Below, piece by piece: positions 9,681 to 19,015 of a stretch of DNA of 64,000 nt. Within the stretch, counting starts at the first letter, position 1. Each line of letters starts with the position of its first letter. The position numbers and the translations under genes are program-made. The stretch is from Chthoniobacterales bacterium (GTDB lineage: Bacteria; Verrucomicrobiota; Verrucomicrobiia; Chthoniobacterales; DASVRZ01), in NCBI GenBank assembly GCA_036524675.1, contig DATDBU010000108.1, forward strand, positions 4,297 through 68,296, given 5' to 3'. The notes under the pieces were generated by a model. That model did no database searches. It was not told the origin of the DNA and was given only the letters and a program-made list of their open reading frames with translations.

Positions 9681-10526
9681 CTAATGTGGTTTTAGCGCGG
9701 TGTGACGCGAGATTTTGCGCAGCCAGGAGCGGCCACGGCGGGCATTGGACATGGTCGTCTCGGGACTTTCGGTGCCGGCCATTTCCACAATGAGCGGGCC
9801 GTGAAATCCGCCGAGGGAAAGATCGTGCAGCAACTGCTCCCAATTGATTCGACCATCGCCGGGTGGCAGATGATCGTCACCGGTCCCGTTATTGTCGTGA
9901 GCGTGGATCATCCTCAAGTGCCCGGCCAGTTTGCGAACGAGGTTGAAAAGGTCGCCCGAGAGATGCGCATGACCCGTATCAAGGCAGGCGCCAGCATCCA
10001 TGTCTTCGAGTGCGTCGAGGATCCATAGAATGTCGCTCGTATTTCCGAAAAGGAGATGGGGCAGCTTGTTCTCCAATGCACAGCCAATTCCGAGTTCCGT
10101 GCAGCGGCGGGCGACTTGGTTCAAGACGCCAACGGTGTTTTCCATGCGTTGAAGCCGTTCCTCTGGTGGAGGTATGACCGCGTGCTCCGGCCCGGGATGA
10201 ATGACCAGATACTGCGCATTCAGCGTCGCCGCCGCCTCGACGGCCTGCAAAATTTCCCGAAGCGCGATTTCGCGCCGGTCCGTTTCGATCGCCGAGATGT
10301 CAATGTGATCCGCAAACGGCGCGTGGAATGAAAAAACGGCCATGCCGAGCTCGTGGATCCGCGTCGCAGCAGTCTGAACAGCGTTCAAGTCGTGATAATC
10401 CAGATGCCTGGGGGCGGAGCACACTTCAATGAAGCTGAAGCCGCTCTCGCGGATCGTCAGCAGGCAATCCAGGATGTTATTTTGGTAAAAACAGCCGGTT
10501 GAAAGGCCGATGGGCCAAATATTCAT
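9681..10526 (-). CDS. Xylose isomerase-like TIM-barrel protein (sugar phosphate isomerase/epimerase; AP endonuclease 2 fold family)
   Basis: 'MNIWPIGLSTGCF', 'HAPF', 'VIHPG', 'ALEN', 'CLDTGHAHL', 'HAHDN..GDDHLPPGDGRINW'. Start at ATG 10526; the longer ORF N-terminus overlaps the upstream gene. Confidence 0.75.
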   Translation of the reverse strand: MNIWPIGLSTGCFYQNNILDCLLTIRESGFSFIEVCSAPRHLDYHDLNAVQTAATRIHELGMAVFSFHAPFADHIDISAIETDRREIALREILQAVEAAATLNAQYLVIHPGPEHAVIPPPEERLQRMENTVGVLNQVARRCTELGIGCALENKLPHLLFGNTSDILWILDALEDMDAGACLDTGHAHLSGDLFNLVRKLAGHLRMIHAHDNNGTGDDHLPPGDGRINWEQLLHDLSLGGFHGPLIVEMAGTESPETTMSNARRGRSWLRKISRHTALKPH

Positions 10527-11934
10527 GATGTTTTCGCGCCAGAGCCGAGCGTCGGAACAACGCCAGGTTGCCCGGGCAATCGGCCACAAGGCACGTTCCT
10601 CCTTCCTGCGATGATTGACAGTTGAAATCCACGAGGTCGTCCAACCCTGTGACGAAGAGTCCGGCGAAAACGCGTGTGTAAAAATCCGCCCGTGTTGCCG
10701 GATCCGCGTCGATCCATTGGCTGCCCCAGTCATGATCTTGCTCGAATTTCGATCGGATGAGTCCGGCGATATGGCGCGGATGCCAGCCGAGGGCGAGCAT
10801 TACCCGTGTGATCATCCGCATGCTGGCTGGGTGAAGCAGGAGATCGTTGGGTTGGGCGAGAATCGCACGCGCACAGGATGGCAGGATATCCAGAGGCGTC
10901 CGATCGTAGGTCTCCGGCCAGCGCGTGGCTGGCTCGTGTTCCTGCGAGTAGAACCAGCCGTGAAAATCGGACAGCGCGGACGCTTCGTATTCGTCCACTA
11001 GATTTTCCATGCCTTCGGTGTTGTTGGGAATACGTGTTGAAGCCCGTGTCGCCAACTCCGCTGTCAGTTCCGCGTCGCGCATGACAGCCGCGCCCATGAG
11101 CCAATCCATTTCAAAAAGAGGAATGCAAAAAAGATCCGGAAGATTTTTGACGAGGTCCTCGCCGAGTAGCCAGCGCTGATGTTTCGGCTTGGAGTAATGG
11201 CTGAATGGAACCCTCAACAGGCGCGAATACAGCGGGTCGCCATACTCGGAGATATCGATCGAAATCATTTCCCGCCCTCGATCGCCAGGACCGGTTTCGA
11301 CTGCGGTCAATTCCACAGGAACCTGGCATCGCGGCGCCGCGAGTTCTTTGATCCGGTGAGCGAGGTACTCCATCACTAGCCCCAACCCGGCGAAGGCTGA
11401 TGCGAGCTTGTACGAAACGACTTCGCCGTCGGGCTTGTGCGGCCTGGCACTGATCTCCCACAACGACGCGGTTCCTCGTCCCAGGCCAGCCAGCCGATTG
11501 AACACCGCTGAATTTTGCCGGATGCGCCACGTGAAATGGTGTCCGCGGCCGCTAAGGCTGTGCAGGGGAACGATTTCGAAGGTTAAAAGCAGACGCTCGA
11601 CGATCCTGGCGACAGGATCCTGGAAGCCAAAAGCGCGTTCCGGGTCGAGATAAACCGCGGCGGGCTCATCGAAATTGACATATTCCAGGTCGAGATCGGC
11701 TATCAGCGACTCACGATCCCAGAGTGACCGACAAATATCGGCATCTTCGCGGAACAAGACAGGTAGTTCACGGGGGTGCATGGGAATGCGGCGTTGCGGA
11801 TCGCTCGCATCGCCGGCCGTCAGATGATGGCATCGGGCCGTCGCGATGGAGTGTCCCCCGAGAAACTCGATAAAACGGGCCTGTACCTGCGGGTTATCAT
11901 AATAGTTCGCGCGCATAAACCCCTTTCCCGGCAC
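10477..11934 (-). CDS. Uncharacterised protein with AEP (archaeo-eukaryotic primase / primase-polymerase)-like catalytic motifs
   Basis: Ordered motifs 'LIADLDLEYV' (DxD/DxE), 'LSGRGHHFTW' (sGxGxH) and 'ISIDIS...RLLRVPFSHYSKPK' (hD...RxPxSxxxK). The C-terminal ~230 aa are unrecognised. Confidence 0.5.
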   Translation of the reverse strand: MPGKGFMRANYYDNPQVQARFIEFLGGHSIATARCHHLTAGDASDPQRRIPMHPRELPVLFREDADICRSLWDRESLIADLDLEYVNFDEPAAVYLDPERAFGFQDPVARIVERLLLTFEIVPLHSLSGRGHHFTWRIRQNSAVFNRLAGLGRGTASLWEISARPHKPDGEVVSYKLASAFAGLGLVMEYLAHRIKELAAPRCQVPVELTAVETGPGDRGREMISIDISEYGDPLYSRLLRVPFSHYSKPKHQRWLLGEDLVKNLPDLFCIPLFEMDWLMGAAVMRDAELTAELATRASTRIPNNTEGMENLVDEYEASALSDFHGWFYSQEHEPATRWPETYDRTPLDILPSCARAILAQPNDLLLHPASMRMITRVMLALGWHPRHIAGLIRSKFEQDHDWGSQWIDADPATRADFYTRVFAGLFVTGLDDLVDFNCQSSQEGGTCLVADCPGNLALFRRSALARKHHEYLAHRPFNRLFLPK

Positions 11935-12014
11935 GCGGACCGGAGTCTCCTCGTTTCATTCGAAACGAGCCGCCTGCCAGGTAAGACTCCGGCCGCGAAG
12001 CATGGTGGGGAATA

Positions 12015-13793
12015 CTATAGCCGGGCGATGAGCAATTCCTTCTGAAAATGCAGTTCCAGCGGCAGATCGGCGTGCAAAGTCAGGAACAATTCGTCCTGCT
12101 GCAGGACTTCGCGTTTCCAGCCTTCCACATCAAAGGCGAGAGCGGCGGCCAGCCTTTCGCGCGAATAACCTTCCAGGCCGTCGATGCGAATATCGTCTGC
12201 CGATGGCATCCAGCCGAGAGGCGTTTCCTCGGCATAGACGCGGCCGTGACAGCGGTTCACGATCCATTCCAGCACGCGGAGGTTGTCTCCGAAACCTGGC
12301 CAGAGAAATTCACCCTGAGCGTCTTTCCGGAACCAGTTGACGTGGAAGATCTTCGGCGGCCGGCGCAGTTGCTTGCGCATCCGCAGCCAATGTCCCAGAT
12401 ACGCGCCCATGTTGTAGCCGCAGAACGGCAGCATCGCCATCGGGTCGCGGCGGACCTGGCCGACGCCGCCAGCGGCGGCTGCGGTCATTTCGCTGCCCAT
12501 CGTCGCACCGACATAAACGCCATGGATCCAGTTGAACGACTGAAACACGAGCGGCATCGTCGTCGCGCGGCGCCCGCCAAAAATGATGGCGCTAATCGGC
12601 ACGCCTTGTGGATTTTCCACTTCATCGTCCAGCACGGGATTATTCGTCATGGGGGCGGCGAACCTGCTGTTCGGATGCGCAGCCTTTTCCTTTGAAGCGG
12701 GAGTCCACGGGTTGCCCTTCCAGTCGGTTGCCGAGGCGGGCGGGGGACCATCCTTGCCTTCCCACCAAACGTCGCCGTTCTCGGTGAGTGCCACGTTGGT
12801 AAAAATGGTGTCGCGGGCCATGCACTGCATGGCGTTTGGGTTCGAATGATAGTTCGTGCCTGGCACGACGCCGAAATAGCCGGCCTCCGGATTGATTGCG
12901 TAAAGCCTCCCGTCAGGCCCGGGTTTCATCCAGGCGATATCATCGCCGACCGTCGTGACTTTCCAGCCCCGATATTGTTGAGGCGGGATCATCATGGCGA
13001 AATTGGTCTTGCCACAGGCGCTTGGAAAAGCGGCGGCGACATAGGTTTTTTCTCCATCGGGCGATTCGACACCGAGAATGAGCATGTGCTCGGCCATCCA
13101 GCCTTCCTGACGTCCGAGATAACTGCCGAGACGCAGCGCCAGGCATTTCTTGCCCAGCAAGACATTGCCTCCGTAATTCGAGCCGACGCTGAGGACCGTG
13201 TTGTCCTGTGGAAAATGGGCAATGATCCGGTTTGCCGGATCGAGATCCAGCATCGAATGGATGCCGCGATTGAAGTCTTCGCTGTCATCCCCAAGCTGGT
13301 CATAGGCGACATCTCCCATTCGCGTCATGATGCCCATGCTCAACACGACGTAGATGCTGTCGGTGAGTTCGATGCCGACTTTTGCCAGAGGCGAACCCAG
13401 GGGGCCCATGACGTAGGGCACGACATACATGGTGCGTCCGCGCATGGCGCCGTTGAGCATGTCGTGGAGCCTGGCATACATCTCCTTCGGAGCCGCCCAA
13501 TTGTTGGTTGGGCCAGCGTCGTCTTTGGTGGGCGTGCAGATGAACGTACAGTCCTCCACGCGGGCGACATCGTTCGGATTCGAGCGATGATAATAGGAAC
13601 CGGGCCGGAGTTCGGGGTTGAGCGCCGTCAGGACGCCCTCCTGTTCGGCGCGGAACGTGAGCCATTTCCTTTGTTCCGGCGACCCGTCGCAATAAAATAT
13701 GTCGTCCGGCTGGCAGAGTTCTGCTGTCCTGGAAATCCAATTCAGAACAGTCGGATTCCTGATGTTAGGTACTTCAAGGGGCGTTGCATTCAT
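12015..13793 (-). CDS. pckG: Phosphoenolpyruvate carboxykinase (GTP)
   Basis: Kinase-1a 'FPSACGKTN', 'GDDIAWM', 'NPNAMQ', 'FGGRR'. Length is typical of GTP-PEPCK. Start chosen at 'MNATPLEV'. Confidence 0.9.
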   Translation of the reverse strand: MNATPLEVPNIRNPTVLNWISRTAELCQPDDIFYCDGSPEQRKWLTFRAEQEGVLTALNPELRPGSYYHRSNPNDVARVEDCTFICTPTKDDAGPTNNWAAPKEMYARLHDMLNGAMRGRTMYVVPYVMGPLGSPLAKVGIELTDSIYVVLSMGIMTRMGDVAYDQLGDDSEDFNRGIHSMLDLDPANRIIAHFPQDNTVLSVGSNYGGNVLLGKKCLALRLGSYLGRQEGWMAEHMLILGVESPDGEKTYVAAAFPSACGKTNFAMMIPPQQYRGWKVTTVGDDIAWMKPGPDGRLYAINPEAGYFGVVPGTNYHSNPNAMQCMARDTIFTNVALTENGDVWWEGKDGPPPASATDWKGNPWTPASKEKAAHPNSRFAAPMTNNPVLDDEVENPQGVPISAIIFGGRRATTMPLVFQSFNWIHGVYVGATMGSEMTAAAAGGVGQVRRDPMAMLPFCGYNMGAYLGHWLRMRKQLRRPPKIFHVNWFRKDAQGEFLWPGFGDNLRVLEWIVNRCHGRVYAEETPLGWMPSADDIRIDGLEGYSRERLAAALAFDVEGWKREVLQQDELFLTLHADLPLELHFQKELLIARL

Positions 13794-13941
13794 GTCACAA
13801 CAATATGTGCCGCCGGAAAACAGCGCGCTCACCGCCGCTTGCTAAATACCGATCGTTTTTTGCTCGATATCCGACAAACCCCCGGGTTGACCGCGCGGGA
13901 TTTTTCCTGTTGCGTTGCTTCTCCAACATTTTCCAGCCGCC

Positions 13942-14490
13942 ATGCAAGAAGACCTTAGTAAGACGCTTATTCACACGACGACGATTTTTGCCAGGCTGGA
14001 CGAGCTCGCCACGCAGATTACCGATGATTACCAGGGGAAGGAGCTGACAGTTCTGGCGATCATGAGCGGCAGTCTGATGTTCGGTGCGGATTTATTGCGC
14101 CGGATTCCGTTGCCCCTGCGGATAACCTGCCTGAGTGTTTCGTCCTATCATGGCGGTACGACGAGCAGTGGGCACGTCAAATTTCACCAAACGGCTTTTC
14201 CCGATTTGCACGGACGCCACGTGCTGATTTTGGACGATATCCTCGATACGGGGCTCACTTTGCAGACGATCCGCGAAAAATTGCATAACGAGACGTCACC
14301 ACTGAGCACGAAGATTTGTGTGTTGTTACGCAAGAATATCCCGGAACGGCGCGGGATCGACGCGGATTATGTCGGGTTCGACATCGCGAACGAATTCGTT
14401 GTCGGGTACGGCCTCGACTATCAGGAAAAGTATCGGAATCTGCCGTACATTGGCGTCCTGCGACAGGAAGTGGCAGCCATGGAGTTGTGA
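13942..14490 (+). CDS. hpt: Hypoxanthine(-guanine) phosphoribosyltransferase
   Basis: 'VLILDDILDTGLTL' PRPP-binding motif and 'EFVVGYGLDYQEKYRNLPYIGVL' C-terminus. Confidence 0.9.
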   Translation: MQEDLSKTLIHTTTIFARLDELATQITDDYQGKELTVLAIMSGSLMFGADLLRRIPLPLRITCLSVSSYHGGTTSSGHVKFHQTAFPDLHGRHVLILDDILDTGLTLQTIREKLHNETSPLSTKICVLLRKNIPERRGIDADYVGFDIANEFVVGYGLDYQEKYRNLPYIGVLRQEVAAMEL

Positions 14491-14732
14491 AGATTTGCAT
14501 TCAGTTTTTTTCGAGGCTGAAAGAGATTGCCGTGGCGGAGCCGATTGAAAAAAGCGTCCCCGTCGGCAGCACGGTGGGAGATTTGCTGGAGGAATTGGAC
14601 GCCGAATTTCCGAGGCTCGCGGAGTGGGAAGGAAAGCTGTTGATAGCGGTGGGCATGGAGTTTGCGACGCGGCAACAAGTGTTGAAGGAAGGCGATCTGG
14701 TATCACTGATGCCGCCGGTTCAGGGAGGATAA
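14487..14732 (+). CDS. MoaD/ThiS-family ubiquitin-like sulfur-carrier protein
   Basis: 81 aa ending in '...LMPPVQGG*' (C-terminal Gly-Gly). Its GTG start overlaps the hpt stop (GTGA). Confidence 0.7.
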   Translation: MKICIQFFSRLKEIAVAEPIEKSVPVGSTVGDLLEELDAEFPRLAEWEGKLLIAVGMEFATRQQVLKEGDLVSLMPPVQGG

Positions 14733-14800
14733 AGCTTTCTGTTACTCTTGCTCTTGCTCTGAGGGAGACACGCTCCGACCTTAAAAGGAGCAGGACGACG

Positions 14801-16045
14801 ATGATTCTCATGAAAACACCCGACTGGACCGCCATTCGCCAGGACTTTCCGGTTCTCAACCAGGAAGTCCACGGGCGTCCGCTCGTTTATTTCGACAACG
14901 CTGCGACATCGCAGAAACCGCGTCCCGTCATCGACGCGCTCGTCCGGTATTACGAGCGCGACAACGCCAATGTCCACCGTGGCATCCACGAGTTGAGTAA
15001 TCGCGCTACGTCTGCCTTCGAAGCCGCGCGCGAGCGGGCCGCCCGATTCATCAATGCGCGGAGTTCTCGCGAGATCATTTTTACCCGTGGCACCACCGAA
15101 GGCCTTAATCTCGTCGCTCAGGCATGGGGCGGCGAACACATTCGCGCGGGCGAAAAAATCCTGCTCACGGAGATGGAACACCACAGCAACCTGGTCCCGT
15201 GGCAGTTGCTTGCGCATCGGGTAAATGCCGAGCTTGAATTCATCCCGGTGACTGGCGACGACGGCCTTCTGGATCGGCAGAAAATCGATCAATTGCTCAC
15301 GGAAGACATCAAGCTTCTCGGCGTCGGCCACATTTCGAATTCGCTGGGCACGATCAATCCCATTCGCGAATTGTGTGCGCGCGCCCGCGAACTTGGGATT
15401 ACGACCGTCATTGACGCGGCTCAGAGCGCCGGACATGTCCCGATTGATGTCCAGGAAATCGGTTGCGATTTTCTCGCATTCTCGGGTCACAAAATGTGCG
15501 GCCCGACTGGCATTGGAATTCTTTACGGCCGCGAGGAAAAACTCGATGCCACGCCTCCCTGGCAGGGCGGAGGAGAAATGATTTCCAGCGTCCAGTATCG
15601 GGATGCCAAGTGGAATACGCTTCCACACAAATTTGAGGCGGGGACGCCTGATATTTCCGGCGCAATCGGTCTGCATGCGGCGATGGATTACCTCGACAGT
15701 ATCGGGCGCAGGGAAATTTTCGAGCATGACGCCGAACTCACGGCCTATGCCTGGGAGCGTCTCGGTGAGATCGCCGGCATCCGCCGTTTCGGCCCGCTAC
15801 GCGACCGGGGCGCGCTCGTGAGCTTTTTGCTTCCCGAAGTTCATGCCCATGACGTCGTCACGATGGCCGATCAATATGGTGTTGCGCTTCGTGGCGGACA
15901 CCATTGCTGCCAGCCGCTTATGCGCCGGCTCGGTGTGGCTGCAACGGCTCGCGCGAGTTTTTATTTCTACAACACCCTCGAAGAGGTCGACCAGATGGCC
16001 GATGCTCTTGCGGAAATCTCCCACTTTTTCAACCGTGCACTTTGA
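14801..16045 (+). CDS. sufS: Cysteine desulfurase, SufS type
   Basis: 'YFDNAATSQKP', 'FSGHKMCGPTGIG' (PLP Lys) and 'RGGHHCCQPL' (catalytic Cys loop). Confidence 0.9.
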   Translation: MILMKTPDWTAIRQDFPVLNQEVHGRPLVYFDNAATSQKPRPVIDALVRYYERDNANVHRGIHELSNRATSAFEAARERAARFINARSSREIIFTRGTTEGLNLVAQAWGGEHIRAGEKILLTEMEHHSNLVPWQLLAHRVNAELEFIPVTGDDGLLDRQKIDQLLTEDIKLLGVGHISNSLGTINPIRELCARARELGITTVIDAAQSAGHVPIDVQEIGCDFLAFSGHKMCGPTGIGILYGREEKLDATPPWQGGGEMISSVQYRDAKWNTLPHKFEAGTPDISGAIGLHAAMDYLDSIGRREIFEHDAELTAYAWERLGEIAGIRRFGPLRDRGALVSFLLPEVHAHDVVTMADQYGVALRGGHHCCQPLMRRLGVAATARASFYFYNTLEEVDQMADALAEISHFFNRAL

Positions 16046-16469
16046 AGAACTCTACCAGGACATCATCCTGGATCATTCCCGCCGTCCGCGAAATTATGGC
16101 GAACTGCCTGACGCCGATGCGACGGTCAATGGCAACAACCCGATGTGCGGCGATGACGTAACCGTCCAGGTTAAATTCGATGCTGCGGATCGGCAGAAAA
16201 TCGCCAAGGCAGCATTCACGGGAAACGGCTGCTCCATTTGCATGGCCTCGGCGTCGATGTTGACATTGAAAGTCAAAAACCGGACGCGTGCTGAGGCCGG
16301 CGCGTTGGCCGAAAAGTTCCAAAACCTTGTTACCGGAGCCTCCGAACTATCACCCGAAGACGAGTCCCTGGGCGACCTGCAAGTGCTCATTGGCGTGAGG
16401 AAGTTTCCTCAACGGGTGAAGTGCGCGACGCTACCCTGGCACGCGCTCGAAGAAGCGCTGGAGAAGTAA
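16035..16469 (+). CDS. sufU: Fe-S cluster assembly scaffold / sulfur acceptor SufU (IscU-like)
   Basis: 'LYQDIILDHSRRPRNYG', 'NPMCGDD', 'GNGCSICMASAS', 'RVKCATLPW'. GTG start at 16035 overlaps sufS by 11 nt. Confidence 0.85.
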   Translation: MHFEELYQDIILDHSRRPRNYGELPDADATVNGNNPMCGDDVTVQVKFDAADRQKIAKAAFTGNGCSICMASASMLTLKVKNRTRAEAGALAEKFQNLVTGASELSPEDESLGDLQVLIGVRKFPQRVKCATLPWHALEEALEK

Positions 16470-16615
16470 GCCGCGCCGGAGCATGGAACGCAGTGCCTTG
16501 AGCAGACGAGGGATTCTTCGTGCCGAATCGGTAAAATGCTCTCGAATTCAGGAAGCAAGAATTGCGACCGCTTATGGTTTGACATTAGGTGTTGGGGACG
16601 CGCACTTATCGCCAT

Positions 16616-17131
16616 ATGAGTGAAAATACTGTGGATCTTTCAACGAGTTTTTCCCCTGAAGATTGGGCTCTTATCAGATCGGCGCCATTGCTGGCGGGAT
16701 TGTTGATAACACTTTCGGACGTTCGTTCGGGCCTCTTCGGATCGATCAAGGAGGGTTTTGCGCCTTCCATGGCCATCGCTGAAGCGGGTGCCGGATCTAC
16801 GAACCCGATCATCACAGCCGTTGTTGCAAGCATCAAAGAGATGGTGGCGAAGCGCGAAAGCCTCCGGCCTCCTATCACAATCATGGGAAAGAAGCCCGAA
16901 GAAGTGAAAGCCGAAGTAATGGCTCAGCTGGCCAAAATCCCTGCCATTCTGGACGGCAAAGTAACTGCAGACCAGGCAGAAGGTTATAAGAGCTGGCTTG
17001 TGGCAATTGCCGGAAAAGTCGCTAACGCGGCCACAGAAGGTGGCTTCTTCGGAATCGGTGGAGAAAAGGTCAGCGCAGCTGAGACCGCAGCGATCAACGA
17101 ACTAGCCACGTCTTTGGGCGTAAAGGCTTAG
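16616..17131 (+). CDS. Hypothetical protein
   Basis: 171-aa (stop included in the coordinates) Ala/Gly-rich ORF with coding-like composition, followed by a strong terminator. No family recognised. Confidence 0.55.
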   Translation: MSENTVDLSTSFSPEDWALIRSAPLLAGLLITLSDVRSGLFGSIKEGFAPSMAIAEAGAGSTNPIITAVVASIKEMVAKRESLRPPITIMGKKPEEVKAEVMAQLAKIPAILDGKVTADQAEGYKSWLVAIAGKVANAATEGGFFGIGGEKVSAAETAAINELATSLGVKA

Positions 17132-17172
17132 CCGTAAGGAAAAAATCGTGATTGGTGAATGGTAAAAGGTAG

Positions 17173-17199
17173 GGACGTTTCGATGAAACGTCCTTTTTT
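17173..17199 (+). terminator. Rho-independent terminator (possibly bidirectional)
   Basis: 'ggacgtttc' / 'gaaacgtcc' 9-bp stem with a 3-nt loop, followed by TTTTTT. It lies between convergent genes. Confidence 0.8.
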
Positions 17200-17270
17200 G
17201 GTGCGGCCCGCGCGTTGACCGAGGTCCAATAAGACGCGGAAAACTTCTTTCTGATCACCTCGTCTCTGAC

Positions 17271-18605
17271 TCAACAGCCGCGCGTGACGCGACGCTGGGC
17301 GAACAGCCACGCGAGACCGATGCATGCAAGCACGGTCGTTGAAGGCTCAGGCACCATGTTTGCGCTCATCAGATAGGTTGCTGGAAGATTGGACACCGAT
17401 TGTGTAAAGCCCATCGTTGCGTCCGCGAGATTCGTACCCGTTATGAGGGCAAAATCAATGCCCCCGAACAGCTCGGAATCTGAGTCAGAGATCCCAAGAC
17501 CCAGGAGATTGCCGTCGGCGAAATCGCTGAGGAACGGCGAATCTCCGGCATCTCCTGGAACGGCGTTGTCGATCGAAATGGAACTAAACAGCGCGTAACT
17601 CGTCAGGAAGTTCGTGCGGCTGGTATCATCAATGAGGTATTCATCGAAATGGCCGGTGAACGTGAAATTGCCGGCAGGGTCCATCAGCGTCATTGTGCCT
17701 GGCCCAAAACGAAACTGACCTTCGGGCGTCGTTCCCAAAAACTGGAGATCCGTTACTGCCCACGTTGCGGCAAGCACGGGATCGTTCAGGTAGATGGGCT
17801 CAACACCGCCCGACAGACCGCCATTGCTATCGGCGACATCAATGGCGCCGATAGAGAAGCTGAGTTTTCCCGTGTTAGAATCGAACGACACAAATGATCC
17901 GCTGCTGGCGCTGGAAGCTGTTGTCCAGAGCGCTCGCTCGCTTATGGTAGGACTTTCGCGATGCCTGCCCGTCACGAACGCGTCCGTCGCAGTTAGGCGG
18001 GGCAAACGAATGGGAGCGGGCGGCGCTGCCGGGGCGACGGCTCCGGTCAACTTCAGGTCCATTTTAAATGCATAGTGATCAAAGTGCTTTGCGCTCGGAT
18101 GTTCCTGACGGCGATAGCCAGTGAACGATTTGGCACCTCCAAACGGGATGCTTAAGAAATCGGAAACGGCTTCGGGCAATGCGTTATTCACAACGTCCGC
18201 AGCGTGTGGCCCCATCTTATGGGTGCCCTCGAGAGCCACCTCGACATTCCGCATGATTGTGTCGTTGTTAAAGTAAGGTGTTAGTGCGTCAAGATTCTGA
18301 CGAACTCCAACTCGAAACTCCCAGTTGGTGCCGGGAATTACCAATTTATTGTTCGGGGCGTCATTGATTCCGTTGGAAGGAATGCTTTTATCTCCTATTG
18401 TTACCACTCCTTGAGAAAGGAAGTCCGAAGTAGAGTCTTTCGGGTTGGAAAAATCGCCTGCCGTATTCTCTGCTCGCAAGGAACTTACGAACGATGTCAG
18501 GAAGATTGATATCGCCAACAACCATGGCGCGCAATGTCTAGCCAGACTGCGGGTGGGTGTGCGTTGGCAGAAAGAGGCCGACACGGAGGAGGGGGCGGTT
18601 TGCAT
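17271..18605 (-). CDS. PEP-CTERM-anchored secreted protein
   Basis: C-terminus 'VPEPSTTVLACIGLAWLFAQRRVTRGC' (PEP motif, TM helix, basic tail). N-terminal signal-like 'WLLAISIFLTSFVSSLRA'. Confidence 0.8.
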   Translation of the reverse strand: MQTAPSSVSASFCQRTPTRSLARHCAPWLLAISIFLTSFVSSLRAENTAGDFSNPKDSTSDFLSQGVVTIGDKSIPSNGINDAPNNKLVIPGTNWEFRVGVRQNLDALTPYFNNDTIMRNVEVALEGTHKMGPHAADVVNNALPEAVSDFLSIPFGGAKSFTGYRRQEHPSAKHFDHYAFKMDLKLTGAVAPAAPPAPIRLPRLTATDAFVTGRHRESPTISERALWTTASSASSGSFVSFDSNTGKLSFSIGAIDVADSNGGLSGGVEPIYLNDPVLAATWAVTDLQFLGTTPEGQFRFGPGTMTLMDPAGNFTFTGHFDEYLIDDTSRTNFLTSYALFSSISIDNAVPGDAGDSPFLSDFADGNLLGLGISDSDSELFGGIDFALITGTNLADATMGFTQSVSNLPATYLMSANMVPEPSTTVLACIGLAWLFAQRRVTRGC

Positions 18606-19015
18606 ATTTTCTTGGGGTGCTACGGGTGTGAGGACACTAATCACGAAAATCTTCGGAACATAAGGCCTGGTAGGCGCCTCTATCACAACACGGCCTGGAA
18701 TGCAATGGATAAAATGAGATCACTTTATGACCAGCCAAACCAGCTGGTTCTCCTTCCGAAAGCATCCGAACCGGCTGGTAACCGTTGATGCCGTTCGCTG
18801 AGGTTCGGCTGTCGTTCCTAACTCAGCGGTTTATGCCGGGACGATCCCGGCGAGTCTAAACGGACGGAACTGGCGTCGTAACGTTTTGCCTGCTTCTCCC
18901 TATCCGCAAGCGAGTAATCTCCGCCAATGCTCGTAAGCAGCGCCATTTCCGTAGTTCTCAGCTAACACGGCTTTGTTTAACCATGGGTGTATTCGCGGCG
19001 ATACGGCCTTTGCTG

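Noticed and set aside
12846-13958. 370-aa ORF on the plus strand
   Set aside because: It is antisense to the well-supported pckG gene. Its Arg/Gly/His-rich low-complexity translation is typical of shadow ORFs in G+C-rich DNA.
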